From an uncultured Phocaeicola sp. (lineage in GTDB: Bacteria > Bacteroidota > Bacteroidia > Bacteroidales > Bacteroidaceae), in contig CALUET010000019.1 in assembly GCA_944319745.1 (NCBI GenBank), positions 1,064 through 65,063 of the forward strand: a DNA stretch of 64,000 nucleotides, given 5' to 3'. This document shows, in pieces, positions 52,150 through 62,215 of the stretch. The stretch's first letter is position 1; every line of letters starts with the position of its first letter. Below the pieces are notes generated by a model. The model was not told where the DNA came from. It did no database searches and worked only from the letters and a program-made list of their open reading frames with translations. A program made the position numbers and the translations under genes.

Positions 52150-52890
52150 TTATCGGATCTCTTGCAGGAATGTCTCGGCACTCTTCAGTGTGTCGGGTTT
52201 CCCGATGTCGATGAGGCGCAGATCTTTCGACACGTATCCGCCTATATGGGCTTTGTCGCATGTGTGCAGATAGAAGTCCATAATGGGGAATTTGCCGCTC
52301 CATTTCTCGTCCATGTATCGGAAAAGTGAGGGCGATATGACATGCAGTCCGCTGAAAGCGTATGGGACGTATCGATTCTCATCGTAAACAAACGTCTCGG
52401 GTTTGGTCTCGTGCGTCGTTCTGTTGATCCATCCGTGCAGTTTGTTTTCTTTGTCGAACAGCAGGTAACGTGAGGTCTCTCTCGGGCTTACCAGCAGTGT
52501 GGCATCGTTCCGGCTTTGAATGTGGGCAAGATAGAACGCCTTTAAGTCGGCGTTTGAAAGAATATCTACGTTATGTACCAGAAAAGGCTCACGGTCTCCC
52601 AAAAGAGAGGCCGCTTTCTTTATTCCTCCTCCCGTGTCGAGTAGCTCTCCTCGTTCGTCGCTTATCCGAATGGAAATCCCGAAGTTCTGATGGTTTTGTA
52701 GAAATTCAATGATTTGTTCGCCGAAGTGGTGGATGTTGATGACGATGTTGTCGAATCCGGATGCCTTCAGCTTTAGGATGATATGTTCCAGCATGGGACG
52801 CCCTGCAACGGGGACCAATGCTTTCGGCATGCGGTCTGTCAGAGGCTTGAGCCGTGTTCCAAGTCCGGCAGCAAAGATTAATGCTTTCAT
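52150..52890 (-). CDS. Nucleotidyltransferase (MurU-like)
   Basis: FAAGLGTRLKPLT..PKAL, DTGGG, DIGKP. Confidence 0.85.
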   Translation of the reverse strand: MKALIFAAGLGTRLKPLTDRMPKALVPVAGRPMLEHIILKLKASGFDNIVINIHHFGEQIIEFLQNHQNFGISIRISDERGELLDTGGGIKKAASLLGDREPFLVHNVDILSNADLKAFYLAHIQSRNDATLLVSPRETSRYLLFDKENKLHGWINRTTHETKPETFVYDENRYVPYAFSGLHVISPSLFRYMDEKWSGKFPIMDFYLHTCDKAHIGGYVSKDLRLIDIGKPDTLKSAETFLQEIR

Positions 52891-54320
52891 AAAGGATGCG
52901 ATGGAAATGATTGTTCAATGGATTGTTCGCGGTGTATTAGTTCCACCCTCACACCGAAACGCTTGTTTATGTACTCGGCCGCATGCTGGGCTGCATAAAC
53001 AGAGCGGTGTTGTCCTCCTGTACAGCCGAAGCAGATTTGCAGATGAGAAAAGCCGCGTTCCATGTATCGCTGCACATGTTTTGCTGTTAAAGCGTCGGTA
53101 TGGTTTAAAAAGGAAAGAATTTCTCCGTCGGTTTCCAGGAAACGTTTCACAGGAATGTCAAGTCCGGTCAGCGATTTATACTGCTCGTATTTGCCCGGAT
53201 TATGCGTGGCGCGACAGTCGAAAATGTATCCTCCTCCGTTACCGCTGGGATCATCCGGAATCCCTTTTCTATATGAAAAGCTGATAACCCTTACGGTGAG
53301 CCGGCTGTTGTCGGCATGAGATGCCGTATCTTCCCGCATAACTAATTTGCGAAGCACCTGTGACAGATACGGATATTCCTCGAAGTTGTTGGTCAGCAGA
53401 TGCCTTAAATTGTTCAAAGCATAAGGGATGCTTTCTATGAAGTGTTCCTTCCTTTCAAAATATCCTCTGAATCCGTATGCTCCTAAAACCTGTAAGGTGC
53501 GGAATAAGACGAAGTGTTTTAATTGTTCGTAAAAGGTTGTCCGGTCGATGACCTGGTATGGTTGCAATGCATTTATGTACTCGTTTAGCAATGTTTCCCG
53601 CGTTGAGTCGGAAAAATTAGCCTTTGCCTGCCATAAGAACGATGCGACATCGTAGAAAAAAGGTCCTATTCTTCCGCCCTGAAAGTCGATGAAGTAAGGA
53701 CAGTTTTCCTTTATCATGACGTTACGGCTCTGGAAATCTCTGTACATGAATGCCGGCGTATTGCAGGAAAGTAGCTGTTCGGACAAGTGTTCGAAATCAT
53801 CCTCCAGCAGATTTTCCTGAAATTCTGCATCGGAAAGTTTGAGGAAACAATATTTAAAGTAGTTCAGGTCCCAGAAAATTGTCCGGCGGTTGAATTCGGC
53901 CTGAGGGTAGCAATATTGCGTGTCAAACCCCTTGATCCCCTCAAATTGCAGGCGGGGAAGCAAGTGGATGGTTTGTTTCAACAGGTCGTTTACCTCGTTG
54001 GAGAAACCGTTTCCTTGCCGTCCTTTCCCGATAAGGCTGAACAGAGATGTGTCTCCGAGGTCTTCTTCTATGTAGTACATCCCGTCGTCCGATGCGGCAT
54101 ATACTTGTGGTACGGGAAGTCCTTTACGGCGGAAGTGGTTGGACATGTAGATGAATGCGCGGTTTTCTTCTGTCGAGTTGCCGTAAACCCCGATAACGTT
54201 TTGTGTACCCCTCATGCGGAAATAGCGGCGGTTTGAGCCGGCTCCGGGCAGAACTTCGATATGTTCCGGGAAACGGCCGGTATAATCGGCATACAGTTTT
54301 TCTATCTTTTCTGTGTCCAT
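52887..54320 (-). CDS. APH-family phosphotransferase (AmgK-like) with C-terminal RapZ-like domain
   Basis: GSNRRYFR, YRDFQSRNVM, IDFQG; C-terminal SFSYRKGIP, FDCR, FGCTGGQHRSV. Confidence 0.85.
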   Translation of the reverse strand: MDTEKIEKLYADYTGRFPEHIEVLPGAGSNRRYFRMRGTQNVIGVYGNSTEENRAFIYMSNHFRRKGLPVPQVYAASDDGMYYIEEDLGDTSLFSLIGKGRQGNGFSNEVNDLLKQTIHLLPRLQFEGIKGFDTQYCYPQAEFNRRTIFWDLNYFKYCFLKLSDAEFQENLLEDDFEHLSEQLLSCNTPAFMYRDFQSRNVMIKENCPYFIDFQGGRIGPFFYDVASFLWQAKANFSDSTRETLLNEYINALQPYQVIDRTTFYEQLKHFVLFRTLQVLGAYGFRGYFERKEHFIESIPYALNNLRHLLTNNFEEYPYLSQVLRKLVMREDTASHADNSRLTVRVISFSYRKGIPDDPSGNGGGYIFDCRATHNPGKYEQYKSLTGLDIPVKRFLETDGEILSFLNHTDALTAKHVQRYMERGFSHLQICFGCTGGQHRSVYAAQHAAEYINKRFGVRVELIHREQSIEQSFPSHPL

Positions 54321-54348
54321 GGCGAAATGTTTTGTTGCAAAGGTACAT

Positions 54349-54380
54349 AAAAAAAGAGTTATCCGTGCAGATAACTCTTT
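54349..54380 (-). terminator. Terminator downstream of the tRNA-Glu pair
   Basis: AAAGAGTTATC/GATAACTCTTT stem with T7 run on the minus strand. Confidence 0.75.
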
Positions 54381-54388
54381 CCATTCGG

Positions 54389-54460
54389 TAGCCCGTGGGG
54401 GAATCGAACCCCCCTTTCAAGAATGAAAATCTTGCGTCCTAACCGATAGACGAACGGGCC
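54389..54460 (-). tRNA. tRNA-Glu (TTC)
   Basis: GGCCCGT acceptor, CAAGA-TT-TTC-AT-TCTTG anticodon arm, GGTTCGATTCC T arm; CCA not encoded. Confidence 0.95.
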
Positions 54461-54501
54461 GGCCTTGTGAAAGCATAGGGCTTTCTGTGTGTAAATTACA
54501 G

Positions 54502-54573
54502 TAGCCCGTGGGGGAATCGAACCCCCCTTTCAAGAATGAAAATCTTGCGTCCTAACCGATAGACGAACGGGCC
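54502..54573 (-). tRNA. tRNA-Glu (TTC), identical tandem copy
   Basis: Same 72-nt sequence as 54389-54460. Confidence 0.95.
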
Positions 54574-54784
54574 GAACCGAATCTGTTTCGGAGTGTTTTT
54601 CCGAATACGGCTGCAAAGGTACGCATTTCTTTCGATTTTGCAAATCCTCCTATGTGATTTTTCCTATAAAATAAGAAGAGAAGCATTCCCGTCGTCCGTT
54701 TTTCTTTTCCGGAAAGAAGGAATGCTTCTCCTTATAAGATTATGGCTTTTCTCTGAAAAGCTGGTTATGCAATGATTCTTGTAA

Positions 54785-56140
54785 TTAAATGTTTTCTATA
54801 CTTTTCTCGATGTCCTGATCAGTCAGTTCGTAATTTGTCAGATCTCCGGCCAGATATTGGTCGTAAGCTGTCATGTCGATTAGTCCGTGTCCTGACAGGT
54901 TAAACAGGATAACTTTCTCTTCTCCTGTTTCCTTGCACTTCTTGGCTTCGTTAATCGTTGCGGCTATTGCATGACAAGATTCCGGTGCAGGAATAATACC
55001 CTCGGCGCGTGCAAACAGACAGCCTGCGGCGAAAGATTCGAGTTGCTGTATATCTACCGCTTCCATATACTTGTCTTTGAGTAATTGCGATACGATGACT
55101 CCGGCTCCGTGATAGCGCAAACCTCCGGCATGAATGTTGGCCGGTGCAAAGTTATGGCCCAAAGAATACATGGGAAGTAACGGCGTATATCCGGCTTCGT
55201 CTCCGAAATCGTACATAAACTTGCCGCGTGTCAGTTTTGGACATGAGGCCGGTTCGGCTGCAATAAAGCGTGTTTTCTTTCCTTCGAGGATGGTATGTCG
55301 CATGAAAGGAAAGCTGATTCCTCCAAAATTTGAGCCTCCACCGAAGCAGGCAATGATAATGTCGGGATATTCTCCCGCCATTTCCATTTGTTTTTCCGCT
55401 TCCAAACCGATGATGGTTTGGTGAAGAGCTACGTGGCTCAATACCGAACCCAATGTATATTTACAGTTTGGTGTGGTGCGTGCAAGCTCAATGGCTTCTG
55501 AAATGGCCGTACCGAGTGAACCTTGATGATTCGGGTATTTGGTAAGGATGTCTTTTCCTGCGCGGGTAGACATGGAGGGCGATGCAGTAACTTGCGCGCC
55601 GAATGTTTGCATGATACTGCGGCGGTATGGCTTTTGTTCGTAGCTGATTTTTACCTGATATACGGCTGCTTCCAACCCGAAAACCTTTGCTGCGTAAGAA
55701 AGGGCGGCGCCCCATTGTCCGGCTCCCGTCTCTGTTGTTACATTGCATACGCCTTCTTTCTTGCAATAATAGGCTTGAGCCAAGGCAGAGTTCAGCTTGT
55801 GTGATCCTACGGGACTAACGCTTTCGTTCTTAAAATAGATATGTGCCGGAGTATCGATGGCCTTTTCCAATCCGTACGCGCGCACAAGTGGAGTACTGCG
55901 ATAGTATTTATACATCTCTCTTACTTCTTCCGGTATCTCAATCCATGTATCTTTTTGGTTTAATTCCTGGCGGCAAAGTTCTTCTGCGAAGATAGGAAAT
56001 AAATCTTCGGGCTTAAGAGGTTCTTTAGTCACTGGGTTCAATGGCGGCATAGGCTTGTTTATCATGTCGGCTTGAATGTTATACCAATGCGTGGGAATCT
56101 CATTCTCCTGTAAAAAGAATCTTTTTTGTTTGTTGCTCAT
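54785..56140 (-). CDS. TrpB-like PLP-dependent enzyme (TrpB2 type)
   Basis: GSHKLNSA, TETGAGQWG, CFGGGSN, HAGGLRYHG, FNLSGHG; no adjacent trpA. Start set at MSNKQK. Confidence 0.88.
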   Translation of the reverse strand: MSNKQKRFFLQENEIPTHWYNIQADMINKPMPPLNPVTKEPLKPEDLFPIFAEELCRQELNQKDTWIEIPEEVREMYKYYRSTPLVRAYGLEKAIDTPAHIYFKNESVSPVGSHKLNSALAQAYYCKKEGVCNVTTETGAGQWGAALSYAAKVFGLEAAVYQVKISYEQKPYRRSIMQTFGAQVTASPSMSTRAGKDILTKYPNHQGSLGTAISEAIELARTTPNCKYTLGSVLSHVALHQTIIGLEAEKQMEMAGEYPDIIIACFGGGSNFGGISFPFMRHTILEGKKTRFIAAEPASCPKLTRGKFMYDFGDEAGYTPLLPMYSLGHNFAPANIHAGGLRYHGAGVIVSQLLKDKYMEAVDIQQLESFAAGCLFARAEGIIPAPESCHAIAATINEAKKCKETGEEKVILFNLSGHGLIDMTAYDQYLAGDLTNYELTDQDIEKSIENI

Positions 56141-56314
56141 AATGGGTTGTGTTTTTAAAGTTTTGCCAAAAATAGGGGAAAAGGTGATAAAATGCAACTG
56201 ATCGGGCGATTTTATTTGTCTCGGTGCATGAAAAACTTTTTAATGGGATATGCTTATGTTTTTTGAGAAACACTTCGGCGTTATGGATGAAACGTGCCGG
56301 GAAATTTCATGAAA

Positions 56315-57340
56315 TTATCTGATTTTCCTTTTGTTTAATTCTCGCTGATAGCGGTAAGCATTGGCTTGATGCTGTGAAAGGGTGGAGGCAAAGTTATGAA
56401 ATCCGGAGAAGTCTTCTTTGGCACACATGTACAGATAATTGTGTTTGGCGTAGTTTAATACGCTTTCCATGCCGGAAACGGATGCGATTCGTATGGGGCC
56501 GGGAGGGAGTCCGGCGTGAAGATACGTGTTGTACGGGCTCTTCGTTTCAAGATGTTTATAGAGTATTCTTTTCAGGCCGAAGTCTTGCAGGGCAAACTTT
56601 ACGGTGGGATCTGCCTGAAGGGGAATGCCTCTTTTCAACCGGTTGATGTATAATCCGGCGACAATCGGTTTCTCGCTTATCTGATTCGTTTCTTCGTCGA
56701 CGATGGAAGCCAGCGTTGCTATTTCAACAAGAGTTAACGAAATGCTTCGGGCTTTTGCCATGCGTTCGCTGTTCCAAAAGCGTTGATGCTCTTTTTGCAT
56801 GCGCGCGATGAAGTTGTCTGCGCTGATGTTCCAGTAAACTTCGTAGGTGTTTGGAATGAACAGTGCGGGCAGCGTGTATCGGTCGTATCCGATTTTTGCA
56901 CAATAGCCGCTGTCGTTTAATAAGGCTGCGAGGTCCTTTTGTTCAACCATTAGTTGAGATGATACCGAAACGATGAGTTGCTCCATCGTACGTACGGAAG
57001 GGACCGTCACTTTTACAGGCGTTTGCAGCCCGTATTGCAGCCGTCGGAATATATCCCATGTCGAGTAGTTTGCATTCAATAAATAGGCTCCGCTGTGAAT
57101 ATTTTCCTCGTATTTGCTTAGAGAGACCAGCATCCGGAAGCCTCTGATACGTTTTCCTTGGGCATTTCTTTCTAATTTTACGATGACGGAGTCCGCATTG
57201 TCATTGTCGTCTATATAGAGAAAGATCGGTTCTTTTACGGAGAGCGGACGATTGAGGAACAGCATATATCCTGCGATGCTTGCTCCAATACCCAATAAGA
57301 GAATGGCGGAAATCAGATAAATGAAGATTCGCTTGTTCAT
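56315..57340 (-). CDS. mltG: Endolytic transglycosylase
   Basis: TLASIVDEET, LQADPTV, SPYNTY..GLPPGPI. Confidence 0.92.
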   Translation of the reverse strand: MNKRIFIYLISAILLLGIGASIAGYMLFLNRPLSVKEPIFLYIDDNDNADSVIVKLERNAQGKRIRGFRMLVSLSKYEENIHSGAYLLNANYSTWDIFRRLQYGLQTPVKVTVPSVRTMEQLIVSVSSQLMVEQKDLAALLNDSGYCAKIGYDRYTLPALFIPNTYEVYWNISADNFIARMQKEHQRFWNSERMAKARSISLTLVEIATLASIVDEETNQISEKPIVAGLYINRLKRGIPLQADPTVKFALQDFGLKRILYKHLETKSPYNTYLHAGLPPGPIRIASVSGMESVLNYAKHNYLYMCAKEDFSGFHNFASTLSQHQANAYRYQRELNKRKIR

Positions 57341-57423
57341 GTCTGGTCGTTTCTTTTTATTGAAAGTGCAAAGATAAGGTTATTTATTGATTTCCTGTTT
57401 CTGAGGGGCATATTTGGATGTTT

Positions 57424-57470
57424 AAAAAAAAGAAGTCCGGGTTGCCGTAAGAACCACGGCAACCCGGACT
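57424..57470 (-). terminator. Terminator after clpB
   Basis: AGTCCGGGTTGCCGT/ACGGCAACCCGGACT 15-bp stem, T-run on the minus strand. Confidence 0.8.
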
Positions 57471-57484
57471 GTAAACAAGAGGGG

Positions 57485-60073
57485 TTAATTGCGGAATTTC
57501 AGGCCGTCTTCGCTTCGTTCAACGATAATGGGATGATTACGATCGACTTCTTGTGAAAGTAATTTCTTCGATAAATCGTTCAGCAAATACCGTTGGATGG
57601 CTCTTTTTACCGGCCTTGCTCCGAACTCCGGATCGTATCCTGCAGAAGCAATGAAGTCAACGGCTTCATCGGTCATTTGCAGGGTTACGCCGTTATCGGC
57701 CAGCATTTTCTTGATTCTATCGATTTGTAAGCGTACAATCTCCTTGATTTGCTCTGCATTCAAAGGCTGGAACATGATGATTTCATCGATACGGTTCAGG
57801 AACTCCGGACGTATGGTTTTCTTTAACATGTTCATCACTTCATCTTTTGTTTCTGCAACAATCAGATCGCGATTCGTATCGTTTATCTTCTCGAATTGGC
57901 TTTGTATGTATGCACTGCCTAAATTCGAGGTCATGATGATGATGGTGTTTTTAAAGTTTACCGTTCTTCCTTTGTTATCGGTTAACCGTCCGTCATCCAA
58001 AACCTGGAGCAGAATGTTGAACACATCGGGGTGCGCTTTCTCTATTTCATCGAACAATACAACGGAATAAGGTTTGCGTCGTACCGCTTCGGTGAGTTGT
58101 CCTCCTTCATCGTAGCCTACGTATCCCGGAGGAGCTCCAATTAAACGAGACACCGTATGCTTTTCCTGATACTCACTCATGTCGATACGTGTCATAAGTG
58201 TCTCGTCGTCGAACAGATATTCCGCCAATGCTTTGGCCAATTCGGTCTTTCCCACACCGGTAGTTCCCAGGAAGATGAATGAGCCGATCGGGCGTTTCGG
58301 ATCCTGAAGTCCCGCTCTGCTTCGGCGAACGGCGTCGGCAACGGCCTTGATGGCTTCGTCTTGTCCGATAACCCGCTTGTGCAATTCGTCCTCCAGATGC
58401 AGCAGTTTGTCGCGTTCGCTCTGCAGCATTTTGCTTACCGGTATGCCCGTCCACTTCGAAACGACGTCGGCAATGTCTTCGGCCGTGACTTCCTCTTTTA
58501 TAAGAGCGTTGTCGCCCTGCTTCTTTTTCAAGTCCTCTTGAATTGATTTAATCTCGTTCTCGAGTGCTTGCAACTTGCCGTATCTTATCTCGGCTACCTT
58601 TCCGTAATCGCCTTCGCGCTCGGCTTTGTCGGCCTCGAACTTCAGCTGTTCTATTTCCTGTTTGTTCTTTTGTATTTTATTGACCAGTTCTTTTTCGCTT
58701 TGCCACTTGGCCTTATACGAAGCTTCCTGCTCTCTTAAGTCGGAAATTTCCTTGTTCAGCTGGGAAAGTTTGGCTTCGTCCTTTTCTCTTTTTATGGCCT
58801 CTCTTTCTATTTCAAGCTGTTTCAGTCGCCGTTCTATTTCGTCGAGTTCTTCAGGAAGCGAGTCGCGTTCCATACGAAGTTTGGCAGCCGCTTCATCCAT
58901 CAAGTCGATAGCCTTGTCCGGCAAAAAGCGCTCGGTGATGTACCGATTACTGAGTTCTACGGCAGCAATGATGGCCTCATCCTTGATTCGTACCTGGTGA
59001 TGGTTCTCATACCGCTCTTTTAATCCACGAAGGATGGAGATGGAACTTAAAGTATCCGGCTCGTTTACCATGACGGTTTGGAATCTTCGCTCCAAAGCCT
59101 TGTCTTTCTCGAAGTACTTTTGGTACTCGTCCAGTGTGGTTGCTCCGATACTTCTCAACTCTCCGCGGGCAAGAGCCGGTTTTAAGATGTTGGCGGCATC
59201 CATTGCGCCTTCGCTTTTTCCGGCTCCCACAAGGGTATGAATTTCATCGATGAACAGGATGATGTTTCCGTCCGATTTCGTTACTTCGTTGATAACCGAC
59301 TTTAATCTTTCCTCAAATTCTCCCTTATATTTTGCACCGGCCACCAGCGCTCCCATATCCAGCGAGTACAATTGCTTGTTCTTAAGGTTTTCCGGGACGT
59401 CGCCTCTCAGGATTCTTTGAGCCAAACCTTCCACGATGGCTGTCTTACCGGTACCAGGTTCTCCGATAAGGATCGGGTTGTTTTTGGTACGTCGGCTTAG
59501 AATCTGCAGTACACGACGTATTTCTTCGTCACGTCCGATGACGGGATCCAGCTTTCCGTTTCGTGCTGCTTCTATCAGGTTGATGGCATATTTGTTCAGT
59601 GCCTGGTAGGTGTCCTCGCTTGATTGTGAGGTCACCTTTTGCCCTTGCCGCAGTTCTGCTATGGCGGCGCGTAATTCTTTATCGGTCACCCCTGCATCTT
59701 TCAAGATGCTCGCTACGGAAGTTTTTACGTTAAGAAGCGCCAGAATCAAGGCTTCCAGTGAGACGTATTCATCACCTAATTCCTTTGAATAGTCGACAGC
59801 TTTCTGTAAAACTTCGTTCGATTCCCTGCTGAGGTACGGCTCTCCACCCGATACTTTGGGCAATGCGGCGATGTGTTTGTCTAGTGTTGCCGCGATTTGC
59901 GCTCCGTTTACTCCCAGTTTTTGGAAGAGAAAGTTGGTTACATTTTCTCCAACTTTCAGCACGCTTGCCAACAAGTGCTCCGGCTCTATGGCTTGTTGCC
60001 CCGAAGTCTGCACCAGATTGACGGCTTGCTGTATGGCTTCTTGCGATTTTATTGTAAAATTGTTGAAGTTCAT
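57485..60073 (-). CDS. clpB: Chaperone ClpB
   Basis: Two AAA+ modules ([16 protein letters not shown]), long coiled-coil middle domain. Confidence 0.96.
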   Translation of the reverse strand: MNFNNFTIKSQEAIQQAVNLVQTSGQQAIEPEHLLASVLKVGENVTNFLFQKLGVNGAQIAATLDKHIAALPKVSGGEPYLSRESNEVLQKAVDYSKELGDEYVSLEALILALLNVKTSVASILKDAGVTDKELRAAIAELRQGQKVTSQSSEDTYQALNKYAINLIEAARNGKLDPVIGRDEEIRRVLQILSRRTKNNPILIGEPGTGKTAIVEGLAQRILRGDVPENLKNKQLYSLDMGALVAGAKYKGEFEERLKSVINEVTKSDGNIILFIDEIHTLVGAGKSEGAMDAANILKPALARGELRSIGATTLDEYQKYFEKDKALERRFQTVMVNEPDTLSSISILRGLKERYENHHQVRIKDEAIIAAVELSNRYITERFLPDKAIDLMDEAAAKLRMERDSLPEELDEIERRLKQLEIEREAIKREKDEAKLSQLNKEISDLREQEASYKAKWQSEKELVNKIQKNKQEIEQLKFEADKAEREGDYGKVAEIRYGKLQALENEIKSIQEDLKKKQGDNALIKEEVTAEDIADVVSKWTGIPVSKMLQSERDKLLHLEDELHKRVIGQDEAIKAVADAVRRSRAGLQDPKRPIGSFIFLGTTGVGKTELAKALAEYLFDDETLMTRIDMSEYQEKHTVSRLIGAPPGYVGYDEGGQLTEAVRRKPYSVVLFDEIEKAHPDVFNILLQVLDDGRLTDNKGRTVNFKNTIIIMTSNLGSAYIQSQFEKINDTNRDLIVAETKDEVMNMLKKTIRPEFLNRIDEIIMFQPLNAEQIKEIVRLQIDRIKKMLADNGVTLQMTDEAVDFIASAGYDPEFGARPVKRAIQRYLLNDLSKKLLSQEVDRNHPIIVERSEDGLKFRN

Positions 60074-60118
60074 ATATTGTTCTCCTTTCTTTCTTTTGTT
60101 TGTGTGATTGAAAACTTT

Positions 60119-60132
60119 GCTATATGTCTTCC
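60119..60132 (-). promoter_or_regulatory. Putative sigma54 (-24/-12) promoter of clpB
   Basis: Minus strand TGGAAGACATATAGCA = GG-N10-GC. Confidence 0.5.
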
Positions 60133-60358
60133 AAATTTTTTGCCAAAAAGAATTTGTTGCGTGTATATGTCTAATTGACAGTATTTTACTGTTTAATGCT
60201 GTATTTTTGTCTGAAAAACGAACAATTTGTCAGGAATGCCGGAAAAGTTTTATTGAAATGCGGAGATGTATCGGGCAAAAGCCGGCATCGTTTCTCTGTG
60301 TTTATCCCGATGTTTTTCCGGTGAAAAGCCGTATCTTTACGGCCAAAAATAAAGTGAA

Positions 60359-60943
60359 ATGGAGAAAAATATGCAGTTCGCATCCGACGTGATGCTGATA
60401 GACACATCTTACCTTGACCGCGTGGTGAGCGATATGCGCCGTCATTTTACTTCTGTCCTGGGGAGAGAGTTGCCAAAAGCCGACCTTGCCGTGTTATTGG
60501 AATGCCTGGCTCTTGATGGAGGAGTGCAGACGGAGAAAAACGAAGTTCAGGTATTGTTGATTCATGAGTCGTCGGACAGTGTGCTGCATGCCTGCATGCC
60601 GTCCGACTACGAAGCAGAGATTCACGGAAAAGCATTTGCCGGTCGTTTGGGAGAGTTTGCGTTGTATGCTTTTCAACCTGCCGAAATGGCTTCGCGTGAA
60701 ACCTTATTCATGGAGGCGCTCGGTATGGCCTTAAGTTCGAAAGAAGTGGGGCGTTTGTTGGTTGTCCCGGATGAAACCGGTTATGGCAAGCAGGCGTTGT
60801 CTGCCATAAATGCGGCGGAAGAAAAGAAAAGCATCACGCTTTTCGGTATGAATCCTCCCGCGGGGAAAAACAGATGCGGTTTCGATTTGTTGGGTTTTTC
60901 GGTGCTTCAGGCGTTAGGCATTCGCGCGGATGAGTTGAAATAA
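60359..60943 (+). CDS. Conserved hypothetical protein (DUF6621-like)
   Basis: VMLIDTSYL..LPKADLA..CLALDGG..ALGIRADEL; family call from recollection. Confidence 0.65.
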   Translation: MEKNMQFASDVMLIDTSYLDRVVSDMRRHFTSVLGRELPKADLAVLLECLALDGGVQTEKNEVQVLLIHESSDSVLHACMPSDYEAEIHGKAFAGRLGEFALYAFQPAEMASRETLFMEALGMALSSKEVGRLLVVPDETGYGKQALSAINAAEEKKSITLFGMNPPAGKNRCGFDLLGFSVLQALGIRADELK

Positions 60944-60984
60944 GGCATTCATTCAGCCTTCAGTTCCTGTTTTGTGAGCCATGA

Positions 60985-61881
60985 TTATATCGGCTTTATA
61001 TCCATTTTACCCCAGAAAGGATGTATCCAGTAGGCTTCATAATAAGCTTTTGGCACATAAACCGTACAGTTTTGATTAAATCCGTTTTCAAATTGCGGCG
61101 GTTGTGCGTTTAAACAGGTGATTTCCTTTATGTGAGAACCGAAGTGTATGTTTACCGTTTTAACGATATGTCCTATCGTGACAGAGCGCAGCGTCGACGG
61201 ATCGTGAAACTCGCAATAATCATAAAAGCCTAAGTCTCTTCCCAAATAAAACGTTTCCACCGGACAAGACGTGAAGGCGTCCCCCACCCATTGCATCGGC
61301 TTATTTCCATCTTTTAGCGTTACGGAAGTCAGATCAGGGCAATATGCAATGGCATCTTTCCCCATGAAAATGACCGATTGCGGGATAGATATTTCTTTAA
61401 GTTTCGTATTGATGAACGCCTCGGCCTCGATGTGTGTGAGTGTTTCCGGCAGTTCAACCGCCGTAAGATTCCGGCATTCTGCAAAAGCACGCTCTTCGAT
61501 GCAGGTAATGGTGTCGGGCAATACAATCTCTTTTAGGTTTGTCAGTTGTTCAAAGGCGTATTTCCCTATATGGTTTTTGCTGGTGTGGCAATATTTTTGG
61601 TAGCAGATTCCTCCCGGAACGATTCGGGCTTCTTTTAAATTTAATTGCTCCAGTCGTTTCATCTTCCTTATGCAGGCAATGTCGGTCCCGTTTAATTCTC
61701 CGTGAACAGTGAGTTTTTCTACAGATTCTACGCGTTGTATTCCTAAGGTTTTAAGCAATTTTCCCGCATGTTTTACCTTTACGCAAATTTCTTTCTGGGC
61801 AGGAAGGTAGTCTTGCCCGGAGACAAATCGATTATGACATTTACTGATAAAAGAACAAAGGCGGTTAAATAATGATTCCAT
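60985..61881 (-). CDS. BspA-type leucine-rich repeat protein
   Basis: Repeats LxxIxLPxTIxxIxxxAFxxC; C-terminal ITCLNAQPP..VYVP..Y..H..W. Confidence 0.85.
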   Translation of the reverse strand: MESLFNRLCSFISKCHNRFVSGQDYLPAQKEICVKVKHAGKLLKTLGIQRVESVEKLTVHGELNGTDIACIRKMKRLEQLNLKEARIVPGGICYQKYCHTSKNHIGKYAFEQLTNLKEIVLPDTITCIEERAFAECRNLTAVELPETLTHIEAEAFINTKLKEISIPQSVIFMGKDAIAYCPDLTSVTLKDGNKPMQWVGDAFTSCPVETFYLGRDLGFYDYCEFHDPSTLRSVTIGHIVKTVNIHFGSHIKEITCLNAQPPQFENGFNQNCTVYVPKAYYEAYWIHPFWGKMDIKPI

Positions 61882-62215
61882 CGTGAAGCAACTTGTAATA
61901 AAGGTGCCTTATAAGTTCCCGAATTCAGCGTAACGTTTTAGTAAAAACAAAAAAGAAAGGCGCGGAACTTGTCTACCTTGCTCATTAAAACTGCGGTATC
62001 GCCAATAACCTACAGTAATAAAACAAAATCAAACAAACAATAAACAAATACAATTATAATCAGCTATTTACGACAAGTTGAGCCACTTTTGAAGAATCTG
62101 TTTTTGTATTTGTTTTGATGATATTTAGTGTATTTTTGTTGCTTATTTGTTACTTATATTTGCCGGGTAACAAAAAATGCCTACCTTTGTAGTGGTAACA
62201 TTCAATAGTAGCATT

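Noticed and set aside
54389-54573. Duplicate tRNA-Glu as an att-site duplication
   Set aside because: Both copies are full length, 41 bp apart, with no integrase or cargo between them.
56140-56315. Trp attenuator upstream of the TrpB-like gene
   Set aside because: No leader peptide with Trp codons or terminator/antiterminator pair found.
61940-62012. GC-richer stretch ending in a T-run on the minus strand upstream of the LRR gene as a riboswitch or attenuator
   Set aside because: Only weak 4-bp pairings could be found by eye; not enough support.
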